DNA of 64,000 nucleotides from Octopus sinensis (taxonomy: Eukaryota). The stretch covers positions 112,468,001 through 112,532,000 of the forward strand of contig NC_042999.1 of the NCBI RefSeq assembly GCF_006345805.1, in the 5' to 3' direction. The notes beneath the pieces are model-generated. The model did not search any database. It was given only the letters and a program-made list of their open reading frames with translations, and was not told where the DNA came from. The stretch's first letter is position 1; every line of letters starts with the position of its first letter. This document shows, one piece after another, positions 39,054-53,552 of this stretch. The position numbers were made by a program, and so were the translations under genes.

Positions 39054-39062
39054 TGCAGTTTA

Positions 39063-39139
<77 letters not shown>

Positions 39140-39500
39140 GTCTATCTATCTATCTATCTCTCCATCTCTATTTCTATTTATCTGTCTGTTTGTCTGTTTA
39201 CACCTGTGTCTATCTGTCTACCAGTCTCTGTCTGTCTGTCTATCTATCTAGCTATTTTCTGTCTGTCTGTCTGTCAATCTATTTACATACATAAATGCAC
39301 GTGTACATGTGTGTGCGTGTGTGTGTGTGTGCATGTATATTATATATATGTGTGTGTGCACGTATATTATATATATGTGTGTATGAGATGTAACCTTTGA
39401 CCTTTTCTATCCAAAAGAGTTTTTCAACCCAATAGTTATATACTATTATTTATAGCTTTATGTGTGTGCTTCAAGATATTCCAAAACATTATTCCACCGC

Positions 39501-39533
<33 letters not shown>

Positions 39534-39539
39534 ATGTAC

Positions 39540-39570
<31 letters not shown>

Positions 39571-39660
39571 ATGTACTATTCCATGGTAGAAAATTCAACA
39601 AAAAAAGTACTCCATCTGGTGAGAGATAAATATTATTTATTTAAAGGACACAATACATGT

Positions 39661-41091
39661 TAGTTAGTTAGTTAGTTAGTTAATTTGGCTCAAAAGCAAA
39701 TAGCAAGGCCATGTAGGGGGACATGGAGTTAAGTACAGGGTGGTGTTCATGTAAAGAGTTCAGGCCACTTGAGGTCCAGGGAGGCTTTGAACAAAGCGGT
39801 CGTCGGCATCTTCACCATCTCGTCTGGCAGCTTGTTCCACGGATCCGCAACCCGGACGAAGAAAGCTCCTCTCCTTCGATTGAGATGAAATCGTCGCAGG
39901 TAGAGCTTTTTGGAATGACCCCGCAGCCAACGCTCCGGAGCAGGAGTGAAGAACAGCTCTTTCGACAGGTTACACTTCCCGCTTATGATGTTGTGGGCGA
40001 GAATGAGATCACCACGGCGGCGGCGTTTTTCAAGAGAACAAAGGTCGAGCGTCCTCGGCCTTTCTTCGTAGGACAAATTTTTGAGACCATGAACCATGCG
40101 GGTAGCCAGCCTCTGGACTCTTTCGAGGTGCTGTATGTCTTTGAGGAGATAAGGAGAAGAGGCTTGAATTCCATACTCCAATATGGGTCTCACCAGCATG
40201 ACATAGAGTGGCAGGAATATGGCTGCTGTGAGCATTCCGAATGACCGTCGAATCAAAAACAGAATTCCGCGCGCTTTGTTGGCAGCATGGACGCACTGGG
40301 CCGAAGGCGAAAAGGAGGAATCCACCAAGATACCCAGGTCCTTTACCTGATCGGTCCTCTCCAGCAGCAGACGACCCGGCTCGAAATCAAGTTGAGTTGC
40401 AGGAGTAGAGCCGACAGGCAGATGACAGCACTTTGACACGTTCAGACACAGGTCCCAATCGTTAGACCACTTCCAAATTTGGTGGAGGCATCGACGAAGA
40501 TCCTCTATACTACCGCGAGGAGCGACCAGTTTGATATCGTCGGCAAATAGAAGGGTGTGTTGCGTGAGGTCGTCGGGCAAGTCATTTATGAAGACTAAGA
40601 ACAACAAGGGCCCAAGCACTGAACCTTGAGGCACGCCACTGCTCGCACTGGAGACGTCGGACCGCGAACCATTAACTTGAACTTGGAAGGAGCGATCTGA
40701 GAGGACGGCACCAACCCATCGTACAATATCCGGATGGAAACTATATGCTTGAAGCTTGACAAGTAGTAGGCGGTGGTTTACCGAGTCAAAAGCTTTGGCA
40801 AAGTCCAATAAAACGATGTCAACAGCATCACTATCATCGAGGATGTGCATCACCAATTCTTCCATTACTAGTAAGTTGGTCAAGCATGATCTCTTCGGCA
40901 CAAAGCCGTGTTGGTAATCAGTGATCGAGGCTGTGTTTAGGAGGTGGAGCATCATACTTTTCTTAAGGATGGTTTCGAACATCTTGCTGATTATTGATGT
41001 AAGGGAAACCGGTCGGTAGTTAAGCGGGTCTTCGCGGCTCCCTTTCTTGAAAATTGGGCAGATTATCGCTGTTCTCCAGTCTGCAGGTATA
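39661..41091 (-). mobile_element. Young 5'-truncated CR1-group LINE
   Basis: GC-richer than flanks, (AACT)n tail, ACATGT at 39655-39660 and 41092-41097 as a possible 6-bp target-site duplication. Confidence 0.92.
39747..41090 (-). CDS. Reverse transcriptase, 5'-partial ORF2
   Basis: Stop-free from 41090: IPADW...YRPVSLT...QHGF...DFAKAFDSV...GVPQGSVLGP...FADD...WNKLP. Confidence 0.9.
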   Translation of the reverse strand: MPADWRTAIICPIFKKGSREDPLNYRPVSLTSIISKMFETILKKSMMLHLLNTASITDYQHGFVPKRSCLTNLLVMEELVMHILDDSDAVDIVLLDFAKAFDSVNHRLLLVKLQAYSFHPDIVRWVGAVLSDRSFQVQVNGSRSDVSSASSGVPQGSVLGPLLFLVFINDLPDDLTQHTLLFADDIKLVAPRGSIEDLRRCLHQIWKWSNDWDLCLNVSKCCHLPVGSTPATQLDFEPGRLLLERTDQVKDLGILVDSSFSPSAQCVHAANKARGILFLIRRSFGMLTAAIFLPLYVMLVRPILEYGIQASSPYLLKDIQHLERVQRLATRMVHGLKNLSYEERPRTLDLCSLEKRRRRGDLILAHNIISGKCNLSKELFFTPAPERWLRGHSKKLYLRRFHLNRRRGAFFVRVADPWNKLPDEMVKMPTTALFKASLDLKWPELFT

Positions 41092-41103
41092 ACATGTGTT
41101 TAA

Positions 41104-41158
41104 GTGCTACTGATAGTTTCATATTTTGAGAAACATCTCAAACATATTCATCAGGTAC
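41104..41158 (-). ncRNA. Minimal type I hammerhead-like motif
   Basis: Minus strand: GTAC-CTGATGA-ATAT g TTTGAGA/tgtt/TCTCAAA ATAT-GAAAC-tatca-GTA-GCAC; 11-bp stem II, stem I 3 of 4 paired. Confidence 0.7.
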
Positions 41159-42027
41159 AAACCACATATCATAACGAATTAAAAGAATTGAATAAGAGAA
41201 TAAATGCAAAAAAATTGAGAAGGCAGCATATAGAAAATGTGGAGGGTTAATGAACAGAAAATGAAAAGTGGAAAACTAAATTTCAAAAGCTAAAAGGTAA
41301 AAAGTAAAAAAAGGTAAAAGAATTATCCTCCTTAGACCTTAAATTATAAGGCTGGAAAGATATCAATAAGTTAATCAGAAATAGGTGGAATTTTTCATTT
41401 CTTCAAAATATATTTATCCATATGCTTGCAACCACTGAAAATTTCACACCTAGAGTTCAGTAGAGGTAGGGATCTTAGATCTGAACCAGATTTGCACTTT
41501 TTCAGCTAAACAAAGCCTATATTTATTTGATCCATTAGGATAAGGTATGGATTTCTTAATTATTTTCCACTTAATCATATGTGGTGTTTCATTACCTTTT
41601 AAACTCCATCCATAGCTAGCCAACTTAATAGCTTTGCTTTTGTCCTTATGTCAGAAGGAAGCTATGTGATTGGCATAATGATTTTCAAATTCTCCTTCAT
41701 ATAATCCAGTGTAGCTCAGAACGAGGCTAGTGTCTCAGAATGAGTCTTACCACAACACTAATGTTATTCAAGGAAAAGACAAAAGCCAATACATCTTGGC
41801 AGCAGTGACATCGCAACTCATTTCTGGAGCTGAGAGAACTGGAGCAGTGTGAAATATATATATATATACATATATATACATATATATTATTCTTAAACAC
41901 TTTTGTATCTTCTCCTTCACTCATCACCCTTGTGACAGCATGAACCATTAGAGCATTCATGTAGTATTTCATGCAGCTCTTTACATTCTGAATGAGATCA
42001 GTTCTGCCTTCCATAATTAAGCGAAAT

Positions 42028-42478
42028 GAGACCATAACCCCGTGGCCTATGCCAGGGGTGTAACCAGCCCACTTATGCGTACCTTTTCTTCATTGGACAC
42101 TAAGCTCTGCTTGCAAAGACCTGTTGAGGCAAATGAAATCGAAATCAAATTCAATGACTGGCATCCGTGCTAGTGGGGCACTAAGAGCACCATCCAAGCA
42201 TGATCGTTGCCAGAGCAGCTAACTGGCTTCCGTGCTGATGGCACATAAAAGGCACCATTTGAGCTTGATCATTACCAGCGTCGCCTTACTGGCACGTGAA
42301 AAACATTCAAGCAAGGTCATTGCCAGTACTGCCTGACTGGCCCCTGTACCAGTGGCACGTAAAAGCACCCACTACTCTCTCAGAGTGATTAGCATTAAGA
42401 AAGGCATCCAGCTGTAGAAACTCTGCCAGATCAAGATTGAAGCCTGATGCAGCCATCTGGTTCGCCAGTCCTCAGTCT
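42028..42478 (+). mobile_element. RTE-family 3'UTR fragment
   Basis: GGCACGTAAAAGCAC modules and GGCATCCAGCTGTAGAAAC; collinear in reverse with 47620-48115. Confidence 0.75.
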
Positions 42479-43116
42479 ATATCATCCAAAGCAGACGTTA
42501 CATGAGTACAGAGGTTAATAAAATCAACTTCAAATTTATGGCCTGCCACCAATGTAAAAACTTATGAAGCAGATTTGGCAGAATAGGTAGGGCATTGAAC
42601 AAAATATTTTCTTGTATTTAGTTAAAGCCTTTACATTTCAGAGATCATATCCAACCAAAGACAACTTTGTCTTTTATTCCTCTATAGTTAATAAAGTAAA
42701 GTACTAGTTAGTATTAGGGTCAATGGCATTGACAAATCCCAAGTTGATTAATGCCATCAAGCTAAACAAGAAACAACTGGTGAACTGTCAGAATCATGAG
42801 AGCTTCAGGAAAATGTTTGGTGGTATTCCTTTTGGCGTTTGCATTTTGAGTTCAATTTCTGCCAAGGTCAACTTTGTCTTTCATCTCTCCATGAAAGTAC
42901 TGGGGTCAATGTGAGGAACTAACCCTTGCCTACGCTTAACAAACTGGTGGCTTTGTGCCAAAATTTGAAACCATTATTTTGTTATTAACATTGTTGTTTT
43001 TATTACTGATGTTACTATATCAGTTTTATCATTATCACCCTTATTATCAACATCATTGTGATGATCATTATCATTGTCATCAATATTATTACTAATTATT
43101 ATCATTATTATTATTA

Positions 43117-43156
<40 letters not shown>

Positions 43157-43176
43157 CATTATTATTATTATTATTA

Positions 43177-43207
<31 letters not shown>

Positions 43208-44895
43208 TCCTCTATACTTTCATGACTAAATCTCCTGAGAAACTCCTCTTCTCTGTCTGTCAAAGTAGTTGACACTGATCTGTTCTATGGGTTAGATTTA
43301 CAAATCCCTATAGAATGCAGCTTGTCACTTTCTTTCAGCTTGTACACATCATAGTTTTCACACACAGCATCTGAGTTTTTCCATTACTTCAGTTGATCAT
43401 GTTGTTGTTATTGTTGTTGAGAAGGAGAAGAAGGAGGAGGAGGAAAATGAGTAGGAGGCTGATTGACAATTTTTTTTAATGTTTTTACTTGTTTTTTATC
43501 ATGTTTGCAAATATTCAAAGTTTGTTTTTTTGTTTTGTTTTTCTTTTAAGTATATTTGAATTTACCTATACATGTATACATTAAATTTACATGGATGTAC
43601 ACATTAAATATATGTGTGTATATATTCATGTGTGTGCATGAGTAAATATGTGTATATGTATGTTTACATAGATATGTTTATATGTAAATATAGCTTTATG
43701 TGTGTATAGATAGAAAGATTGATTGATAGATAGATAGATAGATAGATAAAGATATATATATATATTATACACACACACACACACACACACAGATATATAT
43801 GCACATATAGTAGGTATGCCTCTACATACACATGTAACACAGCTACATATAGCATGAATTATGTGTGTGTGTATGTGTGTGTGTATGTATGTATGTATGT
43901 ATGTATGTATGTATGTATGTATGTATGTATATATGTATGTATGTATATATTTATATATATATATATGTGTGTATACACACACAGACACAAATAAATACAT
44001 ATATTAAACATGTACCAACATATGTACAATTTGTAATTAAGCAAATTGTATATATGTGACAGACATATTTAAATGTATGCCTGATATATATATATATATA
44101 TATAAGTATGAATGTATATATCTGCACACATAAGTATAATTTATGTGACAATTGTCAGTTTGGCAGTTTGGGAACATATATATATATATATTTACCTGTT
44201 TGTGTCTGCCTTCCAATTGCTGTTTTTACTGAGATCTCCCTTTTTAGTAGAAGAAATAGCTATAACTCTTTGACTGCTATTTCTAAATTCGGTATGTGGT
44301 AAGGCAATTCGTTGCTAAACCCTTTATTGCTTAGTATATATATATATATATATTTGTAGACAACATTCCTGAAACACTGATGCATCACGAAGACAAGATG
44401 GATAATGGATGGAGGAACTGTAGATCTACATTAACTATGATATCTGTCCCTCACTCACAGCCCCTAGTTTACATGGTTGTACAAGTTCCAAGCAGTAGCA
44501 GCTACATTTCCCTCAAATTCACTTTACTGGTTTTTAATAAGGAAAGGAAACATTACATAATGTAATCTTACACCTAAAAAGATGAGATGATTAAGAGCGG
44601 AAAGTACTTAATTAGAGATTTGTCCAGTCAAAACTGATGACAATAACAACAACAGGATCAACAAGTAGAGCAGCCATCATTTGTGACCAACGAGACCTTA
44701 TGTTACATGTAGATGCAATATAGAATCTGGCTAATCACAAATAAAAAGATAAAAAGGTAGCAGAAGTGTTATACAAAGAGCTTATCCAGAAGATCTGCAA
44801 CAATTGTCATATCAAAGCAGACAGAGGGAGAGAGAGATAAGAGTATGTGCAAGAGTGAGAGAGGGAGTTCATAAAGGAGAGAGAGAGAGAAAGAG

Positions 44896-44990
<95 letters not shown>

Positions 44991-45307
44991 TGTGTAAGAC
45001 AAAGAAGAGTTTTAAGCAGGTCCAACAGAAGATACAAGCAAAACTGAGCAGCCACTGCTCCTGTACAAAGAGCTACTCCTATATACAGCTATACACAAAC
45101 TTACTTCCATATATCTCTCTGCCTCCCAGACTCATATTTTTCTCCTGATGACCCCCATAAGCTTGCTAGTATCTGATATGCAGAGCTTTCAACTGGCAGC
45201 ACTTACATCTACAATTCGTTTGCAAAATCTAACAGAAGAAACAAAGGGACTCAAGGGCAAAGAGTTTCATACCTGTGCATATATATATATATAATATATA
45301 TATATAT

Positions 45308-45405
<98 letters not shown>

Positions 45406-45464
45406 TATATACCTATATATATATATATACATATATATAATTATATATATATACATATATATAC

Positions 45465-45601
45465 TCGCGGAGTGGTGGCGTTAGGAAGGGCATCCAGCCG
45501 TAGAAACATTGCCAAATCTGACTGGGCCTGATGAAGCCTTCCGGCTTCACAGACCCCAGTTAAACCGTCCAACCCATGCTAGCATGGAAAACGGACGCTA
45601 A

Positions 45602-45645
<44 letters not shown>
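45465..45645 (+). mobile_element. RTE-family 3' tail copy
   Basis: GGCGTTAGGAAGGGCATCCAGCCGTAGAAAC...GGAAAACGGACGCTAAA(TGA)n. Confidence 0.8.
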
Positions 45646-45717
45646 ATACATATATACATACATATATATACATATATACATATATATATATACATATATA
45701 TATACACACATCCATAC

Positions 45718-45810
<93 letters not shown>

Positions 45811-47619
45811 CAGAGAGAGAGAGAGAAAAACAATATGCAGATAAGCAAATTAAATATAACAGCTTGGTTTTGATACACAATATATATACTCTCCTATGTT
45901 CCTAAGTCAAGACTTTCACTCTGCACATGCCAGTTCAACTTGATTTGTCTTTATTGGTTGAAAGACACCTGTTGTTATTTTCTTATTGTTTGTATTTGTA
46001 ATTATGTAACATTTTCTTCATTTTTTTTTTGTCTTTGTTGTCGTACACATTCACTTGCTTTCTACCAGAAAATTTAATGCTCTTAACTTGGATTTTTGGG
46101 GGCCAGCCAGATTTGAACAGTCTCAAGTGTAACCAGCCAAAACTGTAAGAATGATCTGGAAACTTGACTGATGAGAGAAGGCCGTGAATGACCTGTCCTT
46201 GTTTTTTCCTGTCTGTTTTTTTTTTTTTGTTTTTCCTGTCTGTCTTTGTATCATCTATCTGTCTGGATGTTTTATTGTTGTCTGTTGCATTTTTGTTCCA
46301 TTTTTTTGGATTTATATATATACATATACATGCAAACAGAAAAAAGCAAAGACTGAAGATTTTCAGATGATAAATATTTATTAAGTATAAATACATATAT
46401 ATTTATGTATCAATAGATCAAACTTACACAGAGTACATACCACATTTAAATATTCCACCTTTAAACTTTTCTATATCATAACCTGAAATGCAAGATTTTT
46501 TTCTACCTTGATAATGGAGGCTCAATTTATCCAATGTTGATTGCTTCCATTATGGCCTGTATATTGTGGTGAACTATATCTACCAACATTATGATGGATC
46601 TCTCAGCACCCAGAAACAGTTGTTGGACTTATAACACCTTACTTCTTCCCCTTTCATTTTCTGTCATCTGTGTGTATGTCTGTGGCATGTGCATATGTAT
46701 GTGTATGTATATAATGAGCTTTTTATAGTTTTTTTATTAGTAAATTCACAAGGTCTACCACTATTGAAGAAAACACTTGATCAAGATACTGCATAATAGG
46801 ACCGAACCCAAAACCACATGACTTTTTGATAAAACTGCCATGCCTATGCCTCCTTGTATATGTACATATTAGACTCTATGTGCGTGTGTGTGTGTGTGTG
46901 TGTTTATTCCAATAAATCCTGATATTATCTGTTCAAAATAATAGGGTAAAGCCTACGAGTAAAGAACTCAAATTATTAAAACTGTCAACATGTCATTACA
47001 AAACATTGTCACACACATACGTGTGTATGTGTGTGAATGCATATGTCTACATACATGTATGTATTGAGGGGTGCTTACATTTACATGTGGTAGGAATGGT
47101 TGTTGTCAAGCTGTTGGTAGAGGATTAAATGTTGTAAACTATTTTTCTTTTACAATATTTGTTTGAGTAGTAATAATTGAAGGAAAACAGCAGTGTGCCA
47201 ATATTTAATTATCTATGACTAATTAATTAATTAATTAATTAAACCTATAATTATAATTGTTAAATCATATTTGTAATTTATAACTATCTCATATGATTAA
47301 TGAAACCAGGGAAGTTAGTTGAGTGGGATGCAACTATTTCTGTTGACATCAAGAGATAGAAATCTTTACTCAGTGCCATGGGGCAAGAGATAAGCTAAAC
47401 AAATCAAGTCCTTTGACTAAATATTGATTCCCAGTTTAAACTGGTCTACTTCAGTCATGTTGTAAATAAGCCATAATTAGAAGGCATGACTATTGTAACT
47501 TCAGTTTAACACCTCCAACAAAACATGATATTCATACCAAGTCAAACAGGTGGGAATGGAATTATAACAGAAAAGGAAACCAATCCCATATAGGATGTTT
47601 CCTTCTGTGTTGTTTCATT

Positions 47620-48115
47620 ATCATCATCATCATCATTGTCGTTTAACGTCCGCTTTCCATGCTAGCATGGGTTGGATGATTTGACTGAGGTCTGGCGAAC
47701 CAGATGGCTGAACCAGACTCCAGTCTGATCTGGCAGAGTTTCTACAGCTGGATGCCCTTCCTAACGACAACCACTCCGAGAGTGTAGTGGGTGCTTTTAC
47801 GTGCCACCAGTATGAGGGCCAGTCAGGCAGTACTGGCAACGGCCATGCTCAAATGGTACTTTTTATGTGCCACCTGCACAGGAGCCAGTCCAGCGGCACT
47901 GGCAATGACCTCGCTCGAATGTTTTTTCATGTGCCACCAGCACAAGTGCTAGTAAGGTGACACAGGTAACGATCACGCTCGAATGGTGTTTTTACCATGC
48001 CATCAGCACAGAGGCCAGCTTGTTGCCCTGGCCCCGATCTCACTCGTATGGTTCTCTTAGCACTCCACTAGCAAGAATGCCAGTCATCGAATTTGATTTC
48101 GATTTCGATTTCCTT
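47620..48115 (-). mobile_element. RTE-family 3'UTR and tail
   Basis: (CAT)n...TTTAACGTCCGCTTTCCATGCTAGC and several TTTTACGTGCCAC modules. Confidence 0.8.
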
Positions 48116-49543
48116 AATGCTAAAAACCTGAAGACAAAGAAAAATATAAAGAGTAAAAGAAAGACAGGAAGGGAGAAAGAAAATGTAGTGAAGAAGAAAA
48201 GCAATGAAGGAGGGAGAATAAGATGATGAAATTAAAAGAAGGAAATAAGAGATGCTACTAAGAAGTAAAAACCATTTCGTGCAACATTCTACGATTACAA
48301 GTAGTAATAATAAAATTATAGAAATAATATTTTATTTACACTTTTGTTACCAAATTTCTGCAGGAATATACTTCCACTGATTCACTTAATTTTGAAAATA
48401 ATGAGGAATTTAGTAAAATAACTTTGTCATTATTAAATTGGTGTTCAGAGGATAACACGAACTTTTGATAGGAGATTTTTAAGTTATATCACTTTAAAAC
48501 AGGGGTCTCAGGTGGGTTAGTAATAAAAGTGGTAGGAGTATTTATGCCCATATCAACCCCAACCCCCGTACCCCACTGACAGTTAGGCACATGTTCAAAG
48601 TTAAACATTCACATTTCAAATTATGCAAGAAGTGATAGTCAAAATTTTAATAACTTTAATAGCCTGGCCAGTAAGACAGAAATTATGGGAAAACAAAGGA
48701 CAATGCTGAGGTATGTTATAAGGGGCAGTGTCTTTTTTGCCTGAGAAATACATCCAGGAATGGTCAATGAGAAAAGTAAGATACTTCTGTCTTAGCCAAA
48801 TATAAAAGAGGGAGAGACTTTAATATGAGCTTAAAATTTTAAATCAATGTATGGAATGAAGTTGTTTCCATCGACTGAAGTAGATGAATATGACTTTGAA
48901 CCCTGGAATGAGCAGTTAGTATTTCACACATCTGGCCACAGGCTGGTACCACAACATATGAGCAACAGAACACATGGACCACAGCCAAAAGTATTGGTGG
49001 TGATGCTAACCCTTGGTTTGTCATCACATTTGTGACACTGTATTAGTAAGTGGAGAGCACAAGTGAAGAGTACAGAGTGGAGTCAACATAAACATACAAG
49101 TCCTGATGACCCTAAAGACCACAAAGCTATACCAGAGCTGTACTCCACTATGGATGAAGAAAAAGGGTCTTTACACTAGTGGTGCAGAACAGAAAATTTA
49201 ATTGCTCTACATAATACTGTGAAAGCCACATGGGCGCTTTCTGCCAAGAGATGGAAAAGAAGAGGAAGAACGAAAGTGGGCTCTAGAAATTGCTTCCACT
49301 TGTCACAGCTTCAAGGATAGTCACCTCATCTTTAGGGTCAGGAGCTGATGGCACTATGATGGAGTGGTGCTTCTCAGAAAGTCCTACTCCTAGTAGTACT
49401 ACTACACCATCATCTGGCCATAAGGAGCAAATGGAGCCGGGAGAGTAATGGGAAACTCATTAGAAGTCAAAAAGAAGGAGGAATCACAAAAGAAAAAAAG
49501 TAAGCACAAATCAAAGACACATGAACCAATGAAGATAAGCATG

Positions 49544-49579
<36 letters not shown>

Positions 49580-51836
49580 GTACTCATACACATACACACA
49601 GACAGAAATGACTTGAGATTCATAGTTCTTTGAATCACAAAAGAACTAATAGATATGTTGAAGGATGTACATGAGGAAGAGAAGAATGTGTTTACTAAGG
49701 AGAAAAGGAAGATAACGTGGGATATTCAATTGATAAACGGCTTGTGAAAAACCACACCAGCATACATGAACAGTAATCTTGTAAACACACAGAAGACATA
49801 GGTGCTTTCTTTTCACCCAGTTTATCACTGGAGGTACTCGTGGGCACCTTCAGGACTACCTATTTCCAGGACCAGAAGTGGAAAATATTCAGAGTTGTAA
49901 TGAGGTTTCCTGATTCTGTTTAGGTGGCAAAGCAAGGGAGAAGATCCAAATACAATATAATCATGAAGATAGTACTGCAAGCATTTTAGTGGTGGTGGCG
50001 GCGGTGATGGCGGCGGTGGGGACGGCGGCGGGGGCGGCGGCAGCAGCAATGGTGGTGGTGGTGGTTATATGATGGTAGTATTGGTGATGGTAAATTTCCT
50101 TAATGAGATTGAACAGTCATCTAAGCTTCTAGAAGCAAACCAAAATCAGATAAAAACCGTTAAATCACTGTCTTGGAAAATGTGTATATTGGCTTATCTT
50201 ACTTATAAAAATGGATATGACAAGGCATAGAGACTACCTAAGACAGATAACTAAGACTAAATCCATTCTTTCTCATTTGATCTAAAAGGAGGTTATCACA
50301 TTGACAAAGTCAGTGTGACCTGCACCATGTTTCAGAAAGCTTATATTTAATTCTCAGGCGGTTGGCAGCTAATACAATAATTTAAAAACTGTTTTTTAAG
50401 GCAGGCATCAATTCTTTATGCACCATGTAATAAAATATATAGCTATTTACCTATTTAGTTTATGAAGCTTAAAACATGCAAACTGTTACCTTGTGTAAAG
50501 TTTTAATTTTTGAATTTTATGTTAACTATTGATTTAAAGTTCACTAACCTTTAAAGAAATTATAACCAAACAAGAAACAAGGCACATCAGATGCAAGCTC
50601 TTATCTTTTGTTCAATCCCCAAGTGACAGATAGAGAAGTTTACTTGTCTTTAGAGTTATTCTTTTAAGAGCTCAACTAAGGATAAATTCTATTTTACAAA
50701 GTTACCAAGTAGAAAAATTATCTGAGAACTTCTCTTATTGTTTTTTTTTTATTTCTCTTGGTTGCTTGTTTTAAAACAATTTAGTTTTATATTTTACTTC
50801 TTTTTATTATATTTTTGTTCATCGATTATTTTATTTAGTTTAAGAACAAAAACTAAAAAAATGTCTTTATCTTTGGATATATATTAAGGTAGAAAATAAT
50901 GGAGTTTATAATAAGTTATGCACAGAAAGAGTAAAGTGGATATAGGTGGAATGGGAAAGTTCCTTATGAGATAATTGTTGCTATGTCGATGTCTCTGCAC
51001 CTTTCTTTAAAGAAAAACGAAAACCAATATCCAGAATATTAATATTTGACGATTTCAATCTTCCACTTGTATTACATAAAAATCAGGGTATCTCAGGAAT
51101 AAATGGATATTCACTTAAGCAGCAGAAATAAGCAGAACAATTAACTACATTTATAAATTTCAAAAGTTCCTAAAAAAAACTATGAACTTGCATCTCTCGA
51201 CTACTGACAAAATTTTAATGCTAAGATATTAACACAGTCTGCTACAACTGTTTTAACACAATTAGCCCTGTTTATTCTAAGATTTATGGGGAAAAAATAA
51301 CAGATTTAAACATTCAAATATTCATCATCATCGTTTTAATATCCATTTCTTTATGCTTGCATGGGTCAGGTAGGATTTGTTAAAGAAGATTTTCTATGGC
51401 TAGATGCTCTTCATGATGCCAACTTTTATTTGATTCCAAAGACACTAATAATTCCCTGGTCTACTGAACAAAGAACAGCCCAGACATAGATACACAGTGA
51501 ACTGAAACAAATGACACTGTTTGAACAAGCCTTTTATTTATAAATATCATACAACATGTGAAGCATGTTAAACAGCCTGGACATGTTTTTGTGGTTGATT
51601 GCAGGCAAGAGACGCTGCCTATATTGTTCTTCACAGCCAGCAAATACACATGAAGCTGAGGAGAAATATGAACTCTCTCACATGTACAGACACAGACCCC
51701 ATGCATACATACATATATATATGCATGTATGTACATGTATATATGCCTATATATGTGTGTGTGTGTATATATGTATATATACGTAGATAGTTAGGTAAGT
51801 AGATAGATAGAAAGCTAGATAGATAGATAGATAGAA

Positions 51837-51893
<57 letters not shown>

Positions 51894-52659
51894 TAGATAT
51901 ATGACAGACTTCTTCAATATCTACAAGTTCCATTGAGAAGGTATTGATTACTCTCTGAATATACTATAAAATACCAGCTGACAACATTCATGTAGCAGGA
52001 CTGAATTCCTAACTATGAAGTTGCAAATCAAACTCCTTAACTATACAGCCATGCCTGTGCCCAAACATTCAAATAATACTTTGATAAATTTCATTAAAAT
52101 ATTCCAAACAAGTTGTCCATGTTTCTCCAAATAATAACTCTATTCTCAAATGGCAAATCTAATAAAGTTACTAAGTATTTTAAACTAACCTAGATGCTGA
52201 GGCTTCATTAAGCAGTGAGTGAGATTGTTTACACTGCCTGTAGAGTGTTGCTGAGTTAACCAGTCAGTTAATCACACCCACTGCACTTGGTGGTTATCTG
52301 ACGTTATCTGTCAATATGTAATCAACTGAATCGTACTACACTTAAATTAGAAATACTCAACAGAGGGTCGCATTTTTTCTTTCTTGTCAGATTTACACAG
52401 TGGTGGTGAAAGACTGTTGGGAATACCAAAATATTTTAGAACAGGACGCATACACATTTAAGAAAGGAGGAGAAAATATTTGTGTAGAAACTACACATAT
52501 TCAAATTGGATGCAATTATCAGTATTCTGAATTGGCATTCCTAAACAATTGTGAATTTTTTTTACACATGAAACAATTGGTAGCATTGTTAACACACAAA
52601 TAAGTATATCTACCCATCAAACGCAGTATCCAGCATTCAATCTTACTTAGCGATTATAT

Positions 52660-52669
52660 ATATCATCAG

Positions 52670-52705
<36 letters not shown>

Positions 52706-52905
52706 TTAACATCCATTTTCCATACTGGTATGGGTTGGACAGTTTGACCAAGAACTGGCAAGCAAGAGAGCTGCACCAGGTTCCAATATGATGTCACTTG
52801 GTTTCTACAGCTGGATTCAAAACACTTTCCAGAGTATGGTGGGTGCTTTTTACATGGTACCAGCACAGGGCTCTTGCAGGCCAATCCTCTTCAACAGGGA
52901 GAGTG
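52660..52905 (-). mobile_element. RTE-family 3' tail copy, degraded
   Basis: (CAT)n CCTTTAACATCC...TTTCTACAGCTGGAT...GGGTGCTTTTTACATGG. Confidence 0.7.
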
Positions 52906-53066
52906 CCATTAATACTTTATATATATATCATATATATATTATATATATATTATATATTATATATATACATATATATGTATATATATGCATACATATGTAT
53001 ATATACACATATATATATATACATACATACACACACACACACACATATTATATATATATATAATAT

Positions 53067-53118
<52 letters not shown>

Positions 53119-53509
53119 CTGCATAGCTTCTTTATTCCTCTGCCCATTTTTATAGAACTTTTTTCCATTCCACATGTTTCATAAAACAATGTATGATGAT
53201 TTCATTGAAACAGCTCTAGTGACAAATAAGGGGGAGAAAGTTGTTGTTGTGATTGTTGCTGTTCCTCTTCTGCCTCTTACGTAGGACTGATTCTTGATAG
53301 CTCCATCTAAATATCTTTCTCTCTTTGATTGAATCCCTCAATTTTATATCCTCCTCTCCTTCTTCCTATCCAATATTCTTCACCTTCTGGATAATATATC
53401 ATTCTCGATAAACTTCTTTCTTCATCTTCTTATAATCCTTCTACCTCTTCTTCCTACTTTTCTTTCATTTTTTCATATTTCTTCCTTCCTTTCTATTTTT
53501 GTTATTCTG

Positions 53510-53552
<43 letters not shown>

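Noticed and set aside
45524-45556. CTGATGA-AGCC-TTCC-GGCT
   Set aside because: Lies in an RTE tail where other copies read CTGGTGCAGCC; no GAAA.
33525-52603. Further strong splice acceptors (33525, about 35021, about 49822, about 52389) followed by short open frames
   Set aside because: Weak or missing donors, unrecognised peptides and no consistent phase chain; expected by chance in AT-rich DNA.
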